Source of the DNA: Azolla caroliniana
Taxonomy: Eukaryota; Plantae; Polypodiophyta
Direction: 5' to 3'
Assembly (NCBI GenBank): GCA_043228905.1
Contig: JBHGNT010000010.1
Location: forward strand, 3,472,001-3,536,000
Length of the DNA: 64,000 bases
Shown here: positions 24,462 through 36,844 of the stretch, in pieces
Layout of the letters: the number at the start of each line of letters is the position of its first letter
Numbering within the stretch: the stretch's first letter is position 1
Position numbers and translations under genes: made by a program
The notes under the pieces: model-generated
Told to the model about the DNA's origin: nothing
The model's input: only the letters and a program-made list of their open reading frames with translations
Database searches by the model: none

Positions 24462-24585
24462 GAAATGGTTTGGTAGTTCAATTCGGTTCAGTTTAGGCCC
24501 GAGTTTTCTTAACTAGTTTGAGCTCGGTTTAGTTTGGTTTGAACCTTGTTTAAACAACTCAAATTGGTTAAACTAGTTTAGTCAT
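24462..24585. repeat. Older decayed relative of the adjacent MITE
   Basis: GTTCAATTCGGTTCAGTTTAGGCCCGAG..CTTAACTAGTTTGAGCTCGGTTT resembles 24738-24792; no TIR or TSD seen. Confidence 0.6.
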
Positions 24586-24670
24586 TTACAATTAATTGAT
24601 TATTATCAATGATCATAGCCTCCTCACCCCCTTTATGCTAGCTAGCTTGTCTCTCTTGTCTGATCAAGGG

Positions 24671-24958
24671 TAGGAATCGGCAACGGCTTAGTCAAGCCTA
24701 AACAGAACCGTTAAAAACTGCTTTTAAATTGTTTGCAGTTCAGTTTGGTTCAGTTTAGGCTTGATCTTCCTTAACCGGTTTGAGCTCGTTTTGGGATGGC
24801 CCAAGCCGAACCAAACCGAGCTTAAATGGTTTTTCCAAACCGGTTTAGGAACTGATTCGGTTGAAGTTTGGAAACTCCCAAACCGGTTAAGGCTTAACCA
24901 ATTTGGTTTGGACAAGGCCAAATTTGTTAAGTTGAAACCGAATTGTTGCCAATTCCTA
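24671..24958. mobile_element. Non-autonomous hAT-type MITE, 288 bp
   Basis: 14-bp TIRs TAGGAATCGGCAAC / GTTGCCAATTCCTA (1 mismatch); perfect 8-bp TSD ATCAAGGG at 24663-24670 and 24959-24966; many internal AACCG/CGGTT motifs. Confidence 0.92.
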
Positions 24959-25131
24959 ATCAAGGGTGTTAAATTTACACCATCCTTATCAATATACTTC
25001 TCAATGTGCACAAAGAAGAATGAATATACTTCTTTGTGCACAAAGTAGCTTCATTTTGGGAAAAAAAAGTAGGTAAAAGAATTAATATAATTTGCAGAGA
25101 ATGATAGCTAATGCTATATATGCATAAAACA

Positions 25132-25329
25132 TTGGGCAAAAATCCAAACCATTTCCATCATCTAGTATGTGCATGGACAAAACCATCAACATATGCAATT
25201 GGGCAAAAATCCAAACCATTTCCATCTAGTATGTGCATGGACAAAACCATCAACATATGCAAATGGGCAAAAATCCAAACCATTTCCATCTAGTATGTGC
25301 ATGGACAAAACCATCAACATATGCAAATG
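25132..25329. repeat. ~65-bp tandem repeat, 3 near-identical copies
   Basis: TGGGCAAAAATCCAAACCATTTCCATCTAGTATGTGCATGGACAAAACCATCAACATATGCAA repeated three times. Confidence 0.95.
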
Positions 25330-26599
25330 TGCTTCCTCTAGTAGGTTACATAGTTGTGATGTGGCATGTGTGAAGGTAGAAAAGCACTAAAATGTTAAGT
25401 TTTATGTTAGATCAAGATTCTAGCGGAACTTGCGCTCCAAAGAAAAAATGAGTAGTTAATGATAAAATCAACAACAAAACATAGCTTAAATAGGAAGGTT
25501 ACACATTGGAACAAAATGGTTAAGTGTTTGCATTAGGTGCCCGTGAAAGGATAAAGTTGAGTGGATGCTAAAAGAGAGGGCAATGATGCATGCGAAAAGA
25601 GATATTGTTGTTTTTATATGGCAAGTCAGTTATTGAAATCTATATAATGAGCTAAAGAGCTCACTATAACCAACACAAAAATTGTGACTTCAACTTCAGT
25701 GTCCAAATTCTACCAATCGACCTCTCACATGTGAAACGAGTGCTCTGCCATTTTAACTATATCCCCATTAAGTTTGGTTTTCACATTATTAGAAAGAGTG
25801 CAAGGATATTTCACATTCACAAAAATTGCATATTTTTTAATATAATTGGTAGGCAATAATAATCCTTGTTTTTTAATTCTAAAGCTAATCCCTTTAGGTT
25901 AGATTTAAATTAATACATTTCTAATGATACAAAATGGAGAAGTAGGTATTGACCTCGTACTTCACGCATACCAAGCAAGTATTGTACAATTTGTGAAATG
26001 AATTTGATTTTGAGATCATGAAGGTGTTTTCTTGGGTTCAAGTTTTTATTGATACATTTGTACTAATACAAAACGACGAAGTGGGATATCGACCCCATAC
26101 CTTTTGTATCCTAAGCGACATAATCTATACATCTTGCGTGTTAAGTGTGAGGTCTATAATTTAAGTTGCATCCCCTCCCATTTGAGCTATATGTCGAATG
26201 GATTTACATTAATGGAGTTGAGATAGTTAGAAATTGGCTTTCAATTCATAAATCTCGGTGGACAGTTTGGGTGGTTCCCAAAAACATTTATGATGAAAAA
26301 ATTATACCTAGAGTGACTACAAGTAGATATGTATAAACTAGAGCTTCCATGGATTCGACCAACCGTAAAGTAGTTGAATGACTTGCAGAGGTTACTATAT
26401 ACTAAGCCTGCGATGGAGTGTACAATAAAAGTGATAGCAAAATCTACGGATTAAGAAGGGTACAATGTTATTTCACATTCACAAATAACGCATATTTCTC
26501 AATCTAATTGGTAGGCTATAATAATCCTTTTTTTAAATTGTAAAGTTAATCCCGTGAGCTCACATTTAATTTAATATGTTTGTAATTATACATAGTGGA

Positions 26600-27975
26600 G
26601 AAATAGGGTAAACAAACATGCCAAACAAGTACGATAAGCAAGCACTTTACCATAACTATTAACAATGAGAAAGAAGACACACACGAAGAAGAACCCCATA
26701 AAATAAGGGGTGAAGACACCTAGTAAAGAAAGAAAAAGTAACCCCACCAAAGAAAGGGTGAATACCCCAACAAAAGAAAGTAAAAAGATGTGCAAAAGTG
26801 TTCTTCAAGGGACAAATTTAGGATGGGGTTATATTTATTGGTGCATGCCTGACATGTATGAACAAGTGAGAGAGTGGATCATGAAAACATGGGGCTCATC
26901 ATAATCCAATACAAGGAGAGGATTCCACATTAGTTGCTTAAAGGATTATGTAAACACTGTCAAGAAGTGATATGAAACCGTTTACGATACACAACATGTC
27001 ATAAACAATGAAGTGGGAACAATATTTGCACATGTATTTGCATGTGAAGTTCACGGTAGTATTGAAATCGACTGGAAAGACTTTACCAATCATTGGTCAA
27101 CACATTATAGAGGGTCCTCAAGTACAAAACGTTGGCTTGAAATCTTAGGATACCTCTCATATTGAAACACTAGTTAGGAGACTTGTACCTTACAAGCTGA
27201 ATGCAAAAGCAAAAGTAACACTCTTAGAAAAGCAAAAAGAGTTTTTGCTCAATTGGATAGTTCCAATAACAAAAAGTAGAATACGACAATTGCGTACTAA
27301 TTTGATAGAAGTTACATCAGGCAAGATTGCGGCGGAGAAGCAATTCTCTTCTATTTCCGCTACATATGACAGGATTGCATTGACAATGTAGAATTCAAGA
27401 AGCAATGTTTTGGAAGAGGAGTTGAAGAAGCCGATAAAAACTATGGGTGGTCAATTAGGTTCAATGTAGATAGATCTTTAAGCTTGGAGGTCTTCTCATG
27501 TCGAAATTAATGACAAGTTGAGTGTCTTGAAGCTCATTCTGAAAATTTTGCATCTTTGATGAAAGAACCAAAAGAAAAAGGGTTTGAAACAATGCATCCA
27601 TCTATAGTTGAGCACCCAACAAGCATTGAAAGTGTGATTACAAGTATTTCTATATCATGGTAATATATTCTTCTTTTTATTTTAGTTATGATGACTGGAT
27701 AAATACTCTATTGTTGTAAACCAATTGTCTCATGGGCCAAATTTGGCCTTAGAAGACATTAATACATCTTTCTTTCTTTCTTTCTTTCTCAATCTAGTAT
27801 CTCATTTATTGGTGTCTACAAATTGTAGGTGTGTATTCTGTGACCTTGGATTCAAGCTTGAGGCAAAGGATGTTGTGATTACACCATGTTTGCATATATA
27901 TCATATGCTTTGTGCTAATTACCATCTTGAGAAAATAAATACATGTCTATTTGTAGTTAGTAATTCCATTCTACA
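26600..27975 (+). pseudogene. Decayed gene: basic low-complexity region, coiled-coil-like region and RING-H2 finger
   Basis: 27830-27957 reads C-x2-C-x15-C-x-H-x2-H-x2-C-x10-C; inserting one C in TGTCTATTTGT restores a final CPIC; upstream frames are broken by stops. Confidence 0.55.
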
Positions 27976-28292
27976 TTCAGGTGATTTAGTACTACTATAA
28001 TACAAAGTTTTGATTTACATTAATGGAATATCTCATGTCCCATTTGATTTGCATTCTTGGAACTATAGAGTTATTGCCTCAAGGTTGAAGTTTTGATTTA
28101 CATTAATGGAATGTCGGTCGTCCTATTTGATATGCATTCTAAGTGGATTTACATTAAAGGAAATTTGAAACATAAAGATTGTCTTTCAATTCATGGATTT
28201 GTAATGATACAAAATAGAGAAGTAGGGTATCAATCCATATACCTCTCAGAGGGAAAGTTAGCTCGCCAGTTGATAAAGTTTATCGATGTTAT

Positions 28293-28365
28293 GGGGATGT
28301 AGCTCAAATGGTAAAGTGCTTGCTTAGCATGCGAGAGGTCCGGGGATCGATACCTCGCATCTCCA
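28293..28365 (+). tRNA. tRNA-Ala(AGC), full length but probably pseudogenising
   Basis: GGGGATGTAGCTCAAATGGTAAAGTGCTTGCTTAGCATGCGAGAGGTCCGGGGATCGATACCTCGCATCTCCA, 73 nt, close to the plant nuclear tRNA-Ala consensus; D-stem mismatch, several C>T changes, and only TTT downstream. Confidence 0.8.
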
Positions 28366-28604
28366 TTTCAACATTAGAAATTTATAAATCAAAAGCCAAT
28401 CTCTAAGTATCTCAATTCCATTAATGTAAATCCACTCTAGGTGTAGCTCAAATGGGGGTGAGGCAACTTAAATTGTAGACCTCACGCTCAATAAGCGAGA
28501 AGTATATGTTATGTCGCTTAGGATACACAAGGTATGGAGTGGATATCCCACTTTCTTCATTTTGTATCAGTACATATGTATCAATCAAAACTTGAACCAG
28601 AGGA

Positions 28605-28729
28605 TAAATAAGTGAGCTATTTAGTGGATAAATAAGTGATGTAGCCCATATGGAGTAGGTAATGTCTAAAGTTGTGTATTGTATGTCATTTTAACTAATG
28701 GAGTATATTCTTCTTTGGAAAAAAAAAAA
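28605..28729 (+). mobile_element. Short retroposed insertion (5'-truncated LINE-like 3' end) with poly(A)
   Basis: 18-bp TSD AAAACTTGAACCAGAGGA at 28587-28604 and 28730-28747; poly(A) tail; shares TAACTAATGGA with the LINE 3' UTRs at ~2270 and ~29865; absent from the paralogous arm at ~26035. Confidence 0.85.
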
Positions 28730-29564
28730 AAAACTTGAACCAGAGGAAATGCCTCCAGAATCTGAAAAACAAATTCATTTCACAAATACAATGAGAATGT
28801 GTCTCAAACAATAGTGTTGGATTCTCCTGCTTGTGGTATATGGATCAATACAACAATTCCCCATTTTGTATCTTTACAAATGTATGATTCAAAACATCAA
28901 CATAGAGGCAATAACTCTATAGCTTTGAAAAAGAATCCTCATAGTCTAATGATCAATCATGAAATATGAAATATTTGTGAGCTTTGAAATTATATAAAAT
29001 TCATTTTTAGACAGGGATTTACCTAGAATTTTAGAGTGCTTGCTTGGTGTGCAAGAAGTATGGGGTCGATGCCCTACTTCTCCATTTTGTTTTATGATAA
29101 ATTGAAGGACATATTATCTTGTTCAAGAAAAACTTTCTATCACATCTTTAAATGTTATTTACAAAATATGCATTGCTGCATACATCGACCTAAACTTGTA
29201 CAAATTTCATATTACACGCATGTTATGATCATGTCAATTAATGTTATCACAATAGTACATTACTTGAAGAACATTTTCCATTGATAAAATTCTAACATTG
29301 AAAGCTTATGAGCTGTTATAATATTGTTTGACTAATTTACTATATTCTAACATGACTATAAACATGATTTTCTAAACTATTATCCATCTAATTTATTGTG
29401 TTTAATGTGTTGTATTCATTTAGTAAAGTGGAAAAACATTTAAGAATGAAGTAAGTGTGTGTTGCTTTGTCATCACATCATAACGTCAAAGAACTTTTGA
29501 TGCGTCTCAAAAAATATCCATTAATGGCTTCTCAACATTCTATTGAAGTAAATTTAACCATGTC

Positions 29565-29895
29565 TGGTGGAATTGGTCAACCCAATAGGATTCTATGGAA
29601 ACAACGGTGTAGACGGGTCTTCTCCAACCAAACCACGCATCCAACAATGTTACTGCAAGAGATATGGAGTGAAATTGTAGTCACTCTAAAGAGCCAATAT
29701 GATGGCCTCAAGGGCGGCTCCGATGGAGTTGAAAGACAATGAATAGCCTTCATCCAACAATGGTTGTCCTCTCCCTTTCTTGAGTCAGTGGGCATCCACA
29801 TAAGATGGAACTATCACATCCCTACATGGATTTGTACATAATAATCTCATTTGTAAAATTTTATAACTAATGGAAGGAATTTTTTTGGGAATAAA
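29565..29895 (+). mobile_element. 5'-truncated copy of the LINE family at 1-2307
   Basis: Aligns by eye with ~1960-2295; perfect 16-bp TSD TAAATTTAACCATGTC at 29549-29564 and 29896-29911. Confidence 0.93.
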
Positions 29896-29949
29896 TAAAT
29901 TTAACCATGTCCACTCATCAATACACAACTCCAACATTGGTACACCATT

Positions 29950-31720
29950 TTTCGAGTTAACTTAATGTGGTAAATTAGTGTTATTCAAAGTCCATAATCT
30001 ATCAAATGAATGTAATACATGGCTGGGGTATTGTACATTTTGCATAAATGATGCCTTGGTCAGTAATGAACCCACATAAATGGGTTTTATAATCAAACTT
30101 CACGTCCCATTACTAAGCATTATAGATGATCAACCCAACAAATATTTATCAAATATGTAGCTTTTCTGTAGAACAAAATACAAAAGAGTGGAAGAACTTA
30201 AGAAGGCTTCCAAACAAGCATTTCATTAAAATACTAATATTTACAACACAATGTGGACGACTCTTAAGTTAGATGGACATTGAGCGTGACACATTTTCTC
30301 CACTTTTCCATATATTAGTTCGATAAATTTCTAAATTCTCATGCCACCTATTATACATCAAGGTATTAAGAAATATGAAAGCACTCATATATGTTATTCC
30401 AATGGTCACTAAAGGACTACCAATAACTAATTGTTAATAAAATAGTTCAAACTAGAATATGAAGGGTGTGGTTGCATCAACCAGTGGAAATTGGTGGTGG
30501 ATTAATTTGTTTTGTCTTATAGTCTCTGTGGAAGTATGTGTAGTCGACCATCAAGATATCTACCCCCCTTGGCACAAAACTGTGTTTCTACTAGTACCTA
30601 ACCTTCAATGTTCCAATATATCAATGCATTTGGAGATGGGACACCTTACATTTGCATCGTGTTCCAAAAATGCCATGTGAATCCAATATTTGATATCACG
30701 CTTGGAATGGTGGAAATGTGTTGACTGAATTATTTTCTCTCATGAGGGGAAATCTTTCATAACCTAAATAACTATAAATTTTCAGCTACCAGTTGGAAGA
30801 GATCACCATGTTTATGTATCATTGTGTGAGACATATACCCCATTCATGTTGTGCTATTGTTCCAAGCAAAATCATGTAAAATAATCTATTGATGTGTGTA
30901 CCAATGTAGGAACTTAGTGTTTATATGACATTTACTACAAGTTTGTCATAGTTACACAAGTGTCAATTGTGCTCTAGTAAATTTTCATTTACATAGCATT
31001 TCTTCCAGATAGAGAATATGACAAGCTTTTCCCGAAGACGATAGAAGAAATGTACTCAATAAAACATTGTTAGTGAAATTTAATGCAACTTTTATGATTT
31101 TGCAACTAGTAATTGGCAACTTTGTACACCTCTCTAACATTTAGTACACACCATGCTTACCAATAGAACTATGGGATACCATGTGTTATGCTTGATGTTG
31201 AAGACACATACATTATGTCATTTTTGGCATATAGGTATGCTCGCCCATATGATAAAACACCAAGTGTTCGAGTAGAAAAGGGATATGATGTTTACAACAC
31301 GCATGTGTGCACAATTTTTTGTTGGTAGATTGTGACTTGTGCTCGCCCAATGGATTGCTAGCATAATGTGCATTATGTCGTCTTCTCAACAATTTAACAA
31401 AAGCCCAACGACTATATGCTCGGCATATCTCCTACTGTCCTCCTACATCTAATATAAATAGTGGTTGGCTAGCCATATTGAAATCAACCACCCATTGTGA
31501 TAATTGAAGTAAAAGCCTTCTCTTATAAAGGAATGTATATTGACATCCTTTTAGTGTAAGGGACCATGATTTTGAATTGAATGACAAGCGAATGTTTAGA
31601 TGAATATGGTTGTCGTTTGAAACGACTCTCAAACTGATGTTTGATGACCCTTAGGTTGGGAAATACATACAACAAGAAGTGAAATGGAGTAGACCAAATT
31701 TTTTTATCCAAGATTCAATG
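29950..31720 (-). mobile_element. Possible very old DNA-transposase relic (hAT-like)
   Basis: Only short coding-like fragments on - (e.g. FNSKSW; IVEKTT*CTLC; MIHKHGDLFQL); no diagnostic motif confirmed. Confidence 0.2.
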
Positions 31721-32159
31721 AAAGTTTGTCAATATAGTTATTAGAAGATGATGTACAATCAAATACTCATATGAAATAGAAATATATCAAACATTTATAG
31801 CTCTTCATGATTGGCAAACATAATTGCTTACCTCTTCATTGATAATTAGTAATTACCTTAATTAGTTGGTTTCTCTCAATTATTTATAATTGGCTAGTTT
31901 TTCTGAATTGTTGATCATAGCCATTTCACATTGGTGTCATGATGTTTGTATGCATAAGCATTCAAGTGATGAAAGGTGATTCTAGATGGTAATGGTACAT
32001 TTTTCACTTTTCTCAATATTCGAACACTTAATGTGAAAGGACAACACTTATATGTATTCTTCTATCATATGTTCTCGAAAGTGGTGTAATTTCCCCTCCT
32101 ACTATGAAAGAAGCATTAGAAATCTTTCCAATGTCGTACATAGGTTGCTCACAAATAAC

Positions 32160-32196
<37 letters not shown>

Positions 32197-33936
32197 TATC
32201 TTTTCAATCACATACACAATCAATCAATCTCTCTCCCCGCCCTTTCTCTGTGTTAACCAAGGATGCCCACTCTCACCAACTATCTTTGGTTTTATGTATT
32301 GATGAATGGGAATAAATGGTTGACAAGTTTGTAAAAGAAGAAGGCATTAAAGAAGTTATCATTTGGGCCCATTTATCACGGGTTTGTTATACACAAATGC
32401 ATTTGAAAATATTCATAATTACACTAAATTGAGCATCAATATCTCTAAAACAAAGGCTATGCTAATGACGACTCAAAAAAAAGATAATATATGGATTGTG
32501 TGCGAAAACGAGCCACTTGAAATGGTAGAAAGCTTCACATAATGTAGACTTGAGGCTCCCTAAAATCATAGATGGAATGAACGTGTCCTAGTCACTGCTT
32601 ACAAGCAAGTAATAGAGCACACTATATATTCTAAAACACTTAAAATGTAGGAGATGTAAAATGTGAAGTTCTAAAGAAACCCCTATTTGACAGGGCTAGC
32701 ACTCTTGCTTCGTTATGGGATTGAAGTATGTGACAATAGCATCCTTTACTCTTGGAAATATCAAAAAGTGTTTTCATATGAAGCTTCTTCGAGTCAAAAA
32801 AGAAATGACTTAAATGCCCATTCCCGAGATTATCTCACTTACAATTGGGAGGACATGCACATGCTTAAGATTAAAAGTAATGTATTATTAATGTTTCAAA
32901 GTACAAGCATAGAAGCTTCTTAATTCAACACCATTGTGAACCCACCAATGCTTCAATCAACACCTTGTGAACCCACGTGAAATCTCTATAATATATTGGC
33001 TCATGTAGTCTTTTTGCAACCCTCCTCATACTTTTCTTGGAACCAATCAATTACTTCCATGTGAGCACAAAGCACCTTATTCAAACAATCATTTGTTGTG
33101 GTGTCAATAGCACTCCTATTTTTTTTAATGCTTGGTGAAATAATTCAAAGTAATACGAAGACATTGTGATGACTATCGTTCAAGATGCCAATCATACATG
33201 TGTAGGAGAGCTAATGGTCAATATGTAGCCCCTATGTATGAAAACTATGTTGTCAAGTGAGATGCCCATATATTGGTTTTGGTTGGGTGGAGAGTTGATG
33301 ATGTGGTATTGTGTTCTAAATATACAAATTCATAATTATGGTATTTGACCTAAATATACATGTGTTAATTGCGATATAAAGTAAATATACAATTCTAGAA
33401 TTAATGCATGGTTTTGTGGATCGATGGTAGCATTTGTATGGGTCACCCATTCATAACTAGCATTTGCTCATGATGAAATGGTTTTTGGCAAACAATTGAA
33501 CACAATCATGTAATTTGAATATTACATATAATCTCGAGAATGATGGACAAATTGGAGGTGTTGATAAATTATTCGAATATATGTTTCATGCATCTATACT
33601 TAATGTGAAACAAATGAATTGGGAGGATTATTTGCCCCCGATAGAGTTCATAACAATGCAAAACATGATATATTAGGGATTTGTTGCATTGAAGCTAATC
33701 AAAGTACATTTTGTGTGGCATGCCACAATACTCACACACTTAGGATTAGTAAAAAGAAAGAATATCGACGAGAAGGCCCATACCACTATCTTCAAAGATG
33801 GCAAATATTTACCTGTGGTTTCTTAGGAATCCCAAGAGTCCCAATACTTGCAAGGTTTCTAAGTTGATAGAATATCAAATATCTAAAATGAATTAGAGAG
33901 AGGACTTACATAATGGTTTTTTTTTTCCTAGCAAGA

Positions 33937-34105
33937 TTCCTCTTGTTCTAATATGAATCGTCAGAATAATAGTAATTTTGACCCAACGCTTAACTCACGA
34001 TTCTATTGGTTACTAAACATTCCTCTTTGTTCTAACGTGAATCATCCGAATAATAGTAATTCCGACCCAACAATTAACTCACGATTCTATTGGTTACTAA
34101 ACATT
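33937..34105. repeat. ~85-bp tandem duplication
   Basis: TTCCTCTT(T)GTTCTAA..GAATAATAGTAATT..GACCCAAC..TTAACTCACGATTCTATTGGTTACTAAACATTC occurs twice. Confidence 0.9.
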
Positions 34106-34587
34106 CAACAAGCCGGCAAGCCTCCACACATTGAGAATGATATTCTCATCAAAGCTCCCCCTTGTTTGTCATTTGGAATCATATATGAATATTCTCCAAC
34201 CGACTCAACACAAAGGCTCAGCTGCTTAGTAAATGGCCATTGACCATAAGATCGCCCTCCCTATGGAGACGATTGTCTACTCAAGCGGGGTGCGTCAATC
34301 CTCGTCGTCTCGTCTGTCTTCATGTAGGGGGGGATCGTATGGACGAAGGGCAATTTTGTCGCAGATAGAGTGGTTAAAGACCTTGAGGCTCTATTACGAT
34401 GGTGAAGGGGTATCTGAGAGGTGACTGGAATCGGGCCAGCGACCGAACTACCAACAGATTAGACACAAGGGCAGGTGCAGACGTGTGCGTGGGGGGGTGC
34501 GGGACAGAACAAAGACCGGACACGGCGTAGAACAAAAGCCGGTCAAGGAACCGTGTAATGTCCGAGGTGGCGCGTCCAAATCCGAGG

Positions 34588-34588
<1 letters not shown>

Positions 34589-34626
<38 letters not shown>

Positions 34627-34836
34627 TCTCTCTTTTTGTGGAAGGGAAGACTTTCTTTGTAATGCTTGACTTCTTGACCATTCTTCTTTCTCTTCTTCTT
34701 CTTCTTCTTCTTCTTCCGTTTCGGAGCCGTTTCGGCTCAGACAAAGTAACGTTTCTTCTGTCGATCCGTTTCGCCTCCTCTGTGGCCCTCCCCTGTTTTT
34801 CCTGAGACGCGTTTCCGTTCTTCTTCTTCTTCTTCT

Positions 34837-34867
<31 letters not shown>

Positions 34868-35322
34868 TCGACCTTCTCCCTTTCTCGTCTTCTCGATCCC
34901 TCAGAGAATCTGAAGCATACACAGAAATCGTTTCCTTCTGCCCCTATCGATTCCCGCTCCTGCTCTCCGCCTTTTTGTCGAATGCTTCCCTTGCATCTCC
35001 ATCTTTCGATCTTCTCTGGTTTTTTTGTTTTGATGAGAGAATCGGACGCATAAATAAGTCTCCTCGTTTCTTCAGCCGAGTTTTGATCCGCCTCGACCTG
35101 CTTCTTTCTCTGTCTCTGTCTCTGTCTCTCTCTCTGCTTGTATCGAAGCCGTTCTTCCAACTCCCTGGTTCGATCTTCTCTGAAACAGATTAAGGATCGC
35201 TTCTTTTGCCGACGCAACCCCTTTCCTCCTCCCTGGCTTAATCGAATGCTTTCTTGCGCTGTGTGATTTGATATTCTCCGGCCCTGGGAGAATCTGAAGC
35301 ATAGTAAAAACAATAATCATCA
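34589..35322 (+). promoter_or_regulatory. Pyrimidine- and microsatellite-rich putative 5' leader of the kinase gene
   Basis: (CT)n, (CTT)n and (CGT)n tracts typical of plant 5' UTRs, directly upstream of ATG 35323. Confidence 0.55.
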
Positions 35323-36720
35323 ATGGGATACCTTAAGTCCTGCAAGATAGGTTCTGCAGTGGTAGAATCACAGAGAAGAGAGAAGAGACATTCCTCTTCT
35401 TCAACACCATCAACGTCGTCATCAGCACCGGCGTCGGCATCGACGTCAGCGTCATCTTCTCTTCAGATCTTCCATTTTAACGATCTAGAAGTTGCAACAG
35501 ATGGCTTTTCTGTGGAAACCTTGCTTGGGAAAGGAAGCCATGGCTGTGTTTACAAGGCAATCCTTAAGAATGGGCGAGAAGTTGCTGTGAAAAGAGCTTC
35601 ATATGGAAGAAGATTGCTTCAAGATGAAGCTTGCTTCGAGAACGAAATCCGTGTCTTGTCTTCTCTGAACAATCCTCACTTTGTTAAGCTTCTTGGCATC
35701 TGTGAGGATTCAGACAAAGAAAAGCTTCTTGTGGTTGAATTGATGCAAAATGGTACTCTTTTTGATCTCCTTCATCAGAATCAAGAAGCCATACCCTGGT
35801 CTAAACGTTTCCATATTGCGTTACAAACAGCGAGAGCTGTTCAAGATATTCATAGCATCAATCCACCTCTCATACACAGAGATATTAAGTCTTCTAATAT
35901 TTTCATTGATAAGAATTGGAATGCAAAGCTCGGAGACTTTGGATTGGCCCTCTATAACTGTAGTGATTCTATCTCTACTACTCCTCCTGCAGGTACTCTA
36001 GGGTATCTTGATCCTGAATATACTACTCCTGATATGCTCAGTACAAAGAATGATGTATTTAGTTTTGGAATCCTTCTGTTAGAGATTGTAAGTGGCCGAA
36101 ATGCCATTGATGTGAACCACAACCCACCCAGTATAGTAGATTGGGCCATCCCCCTCATTAAAAATGGAGATTTCCTTCCACTTTGTGATCCGAGGCTAGC
36201 TCCGCCAAAGAATCTGTTGTTTGTGAAGAAAATTACCATTTTGGCCGCAAAATGTGTAAGAGAGAGAAGCACTAAGCGTCCGGATATGGTGGATGTGGTT
36301 AGACAGCTGGAAGAAGTTAGCCATCGGATTGGATTCTCTATGTTCAATGGTATAGCTGATAAGATGAGACGAAGAAAAGATATCCCATCTGAAGGTCATG
36401 ATAGTGATAATGATAACAACCATAATGATAATGGTGATACTGTTGATAATCGTAATGATAATGACAATGGTAGATGTAGTCATTCTTCTTTGGGTTCTCA
36501 TAAGAAAGTAGTTCAAAGAAATCTCCGAGTTTATGATGAAAGTCGAGGTTTGTTTCAATTAAGAGGCAATAAGCCAAGGACTGGTTTTAACCTTCAAAAT
36601 CGTCATCGCAAAGATACAATAACAATAAAGAATGGAGAAATGAATAGTTCTCCGCTTAATTCATTAGCTCATGGAAAGGCAATGATCAGCCATTTCTTTA
36701 GAGGATCCCATAATGAATGA
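35323..36720 (+). CDS. Intronless receptor-like cytoplasmic Ser/Thr kinase (At3g51990/At1g28390/At5g23170-like), 465 aa
   Basis: MGYL(K)SC N-terminus; GKGSHG, VAVK, HRDIKSSN, DFG, GTLGYLDPEY and DVFSFG all intact; no ectodomain or transmembrane segment. Confidence 0.95.
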   Translation: MGYLKSCKIGSAVVESQRREKRHSSSSTPSTSSSAPASASTSASSSLQIFHFNDLEVATDGFSVETLLGKGSHGCVYKAILKNGREVAVKRASYGRRLLQDEACFENEIRVLSSLNNPHFVKLLGICEDSDKEKLLVVELMQNGTLFDLLHQNQEAIPWSKRFHIALQTARAVQDIHSINPPLIHRDIKSSNIFIDKNWNAKLGDFGLALYNCSDSISTTPPAGTLGYLDPEYTTPDMLSTKNDVFSFGILLLEIVSGRNAIDVNHNPPSIVDWAIPLIKNGDFLPLCDPRLAPPKNLLFVKKITILAAKCVRERSTKRPDMVDVVRQLEEVSHRIGFSMFNGIADKMRRRKDIPSEGHDSDNDNNHNDNGDTVDNRNDNDNGRCSHSSLGSHKKVVQRNLRVYDESRGLFQLRGNKPRTGFNLQNRHRKDTITIKNGEMNSSPLNSLAHGKAMISHFFRGSHNE

Positions 36721-36844
36721 TTTTATCTGGAATGCAAAGTAATGAGGCATTCTAACACCCAATTCATCCCCTCATAATGAAGCATAAGCATGGGAAAACT
36801 TATTAAAACGTCATAAAAATTTCCTTTAAAAGGATCGATCTTTA

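Larger units (their letters stand above)
25700..29090. repeat. Mosaic of decayed tRNA-Ala-derived units and shared spacers in both orientations, including an inverted repeat (~25990-26255 vs ~28376-28787)
   Basis: tRNA-Ala-like pieces on - at ~25718-25767, 25935-25982, 26075-26192 and 28215-28247; on + at 28293-28365, 28440-28559, ~28833-28863 and 29032-29084; most are followed by ATTTTGTATC-like tails. Confidence 0.75.

Noticed and set aside
24724-25048. Two ~100-aa ORFs on opposite strands
   Set aside because: They fall largely within the non-coding MITE; no transposase motifs.
25132-25329. Regular repeats resembling a CRISPR array (also 61758-61927)
   Set aside because: Units are contiguous with no unique spacers, there are no cas genes, and the context is eukaryotic.
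34543-35313. 256-aa Arg/Glu-rich ORF on -
   Set aside because: Reverse reading of the kinase 5' leader microsatellites.
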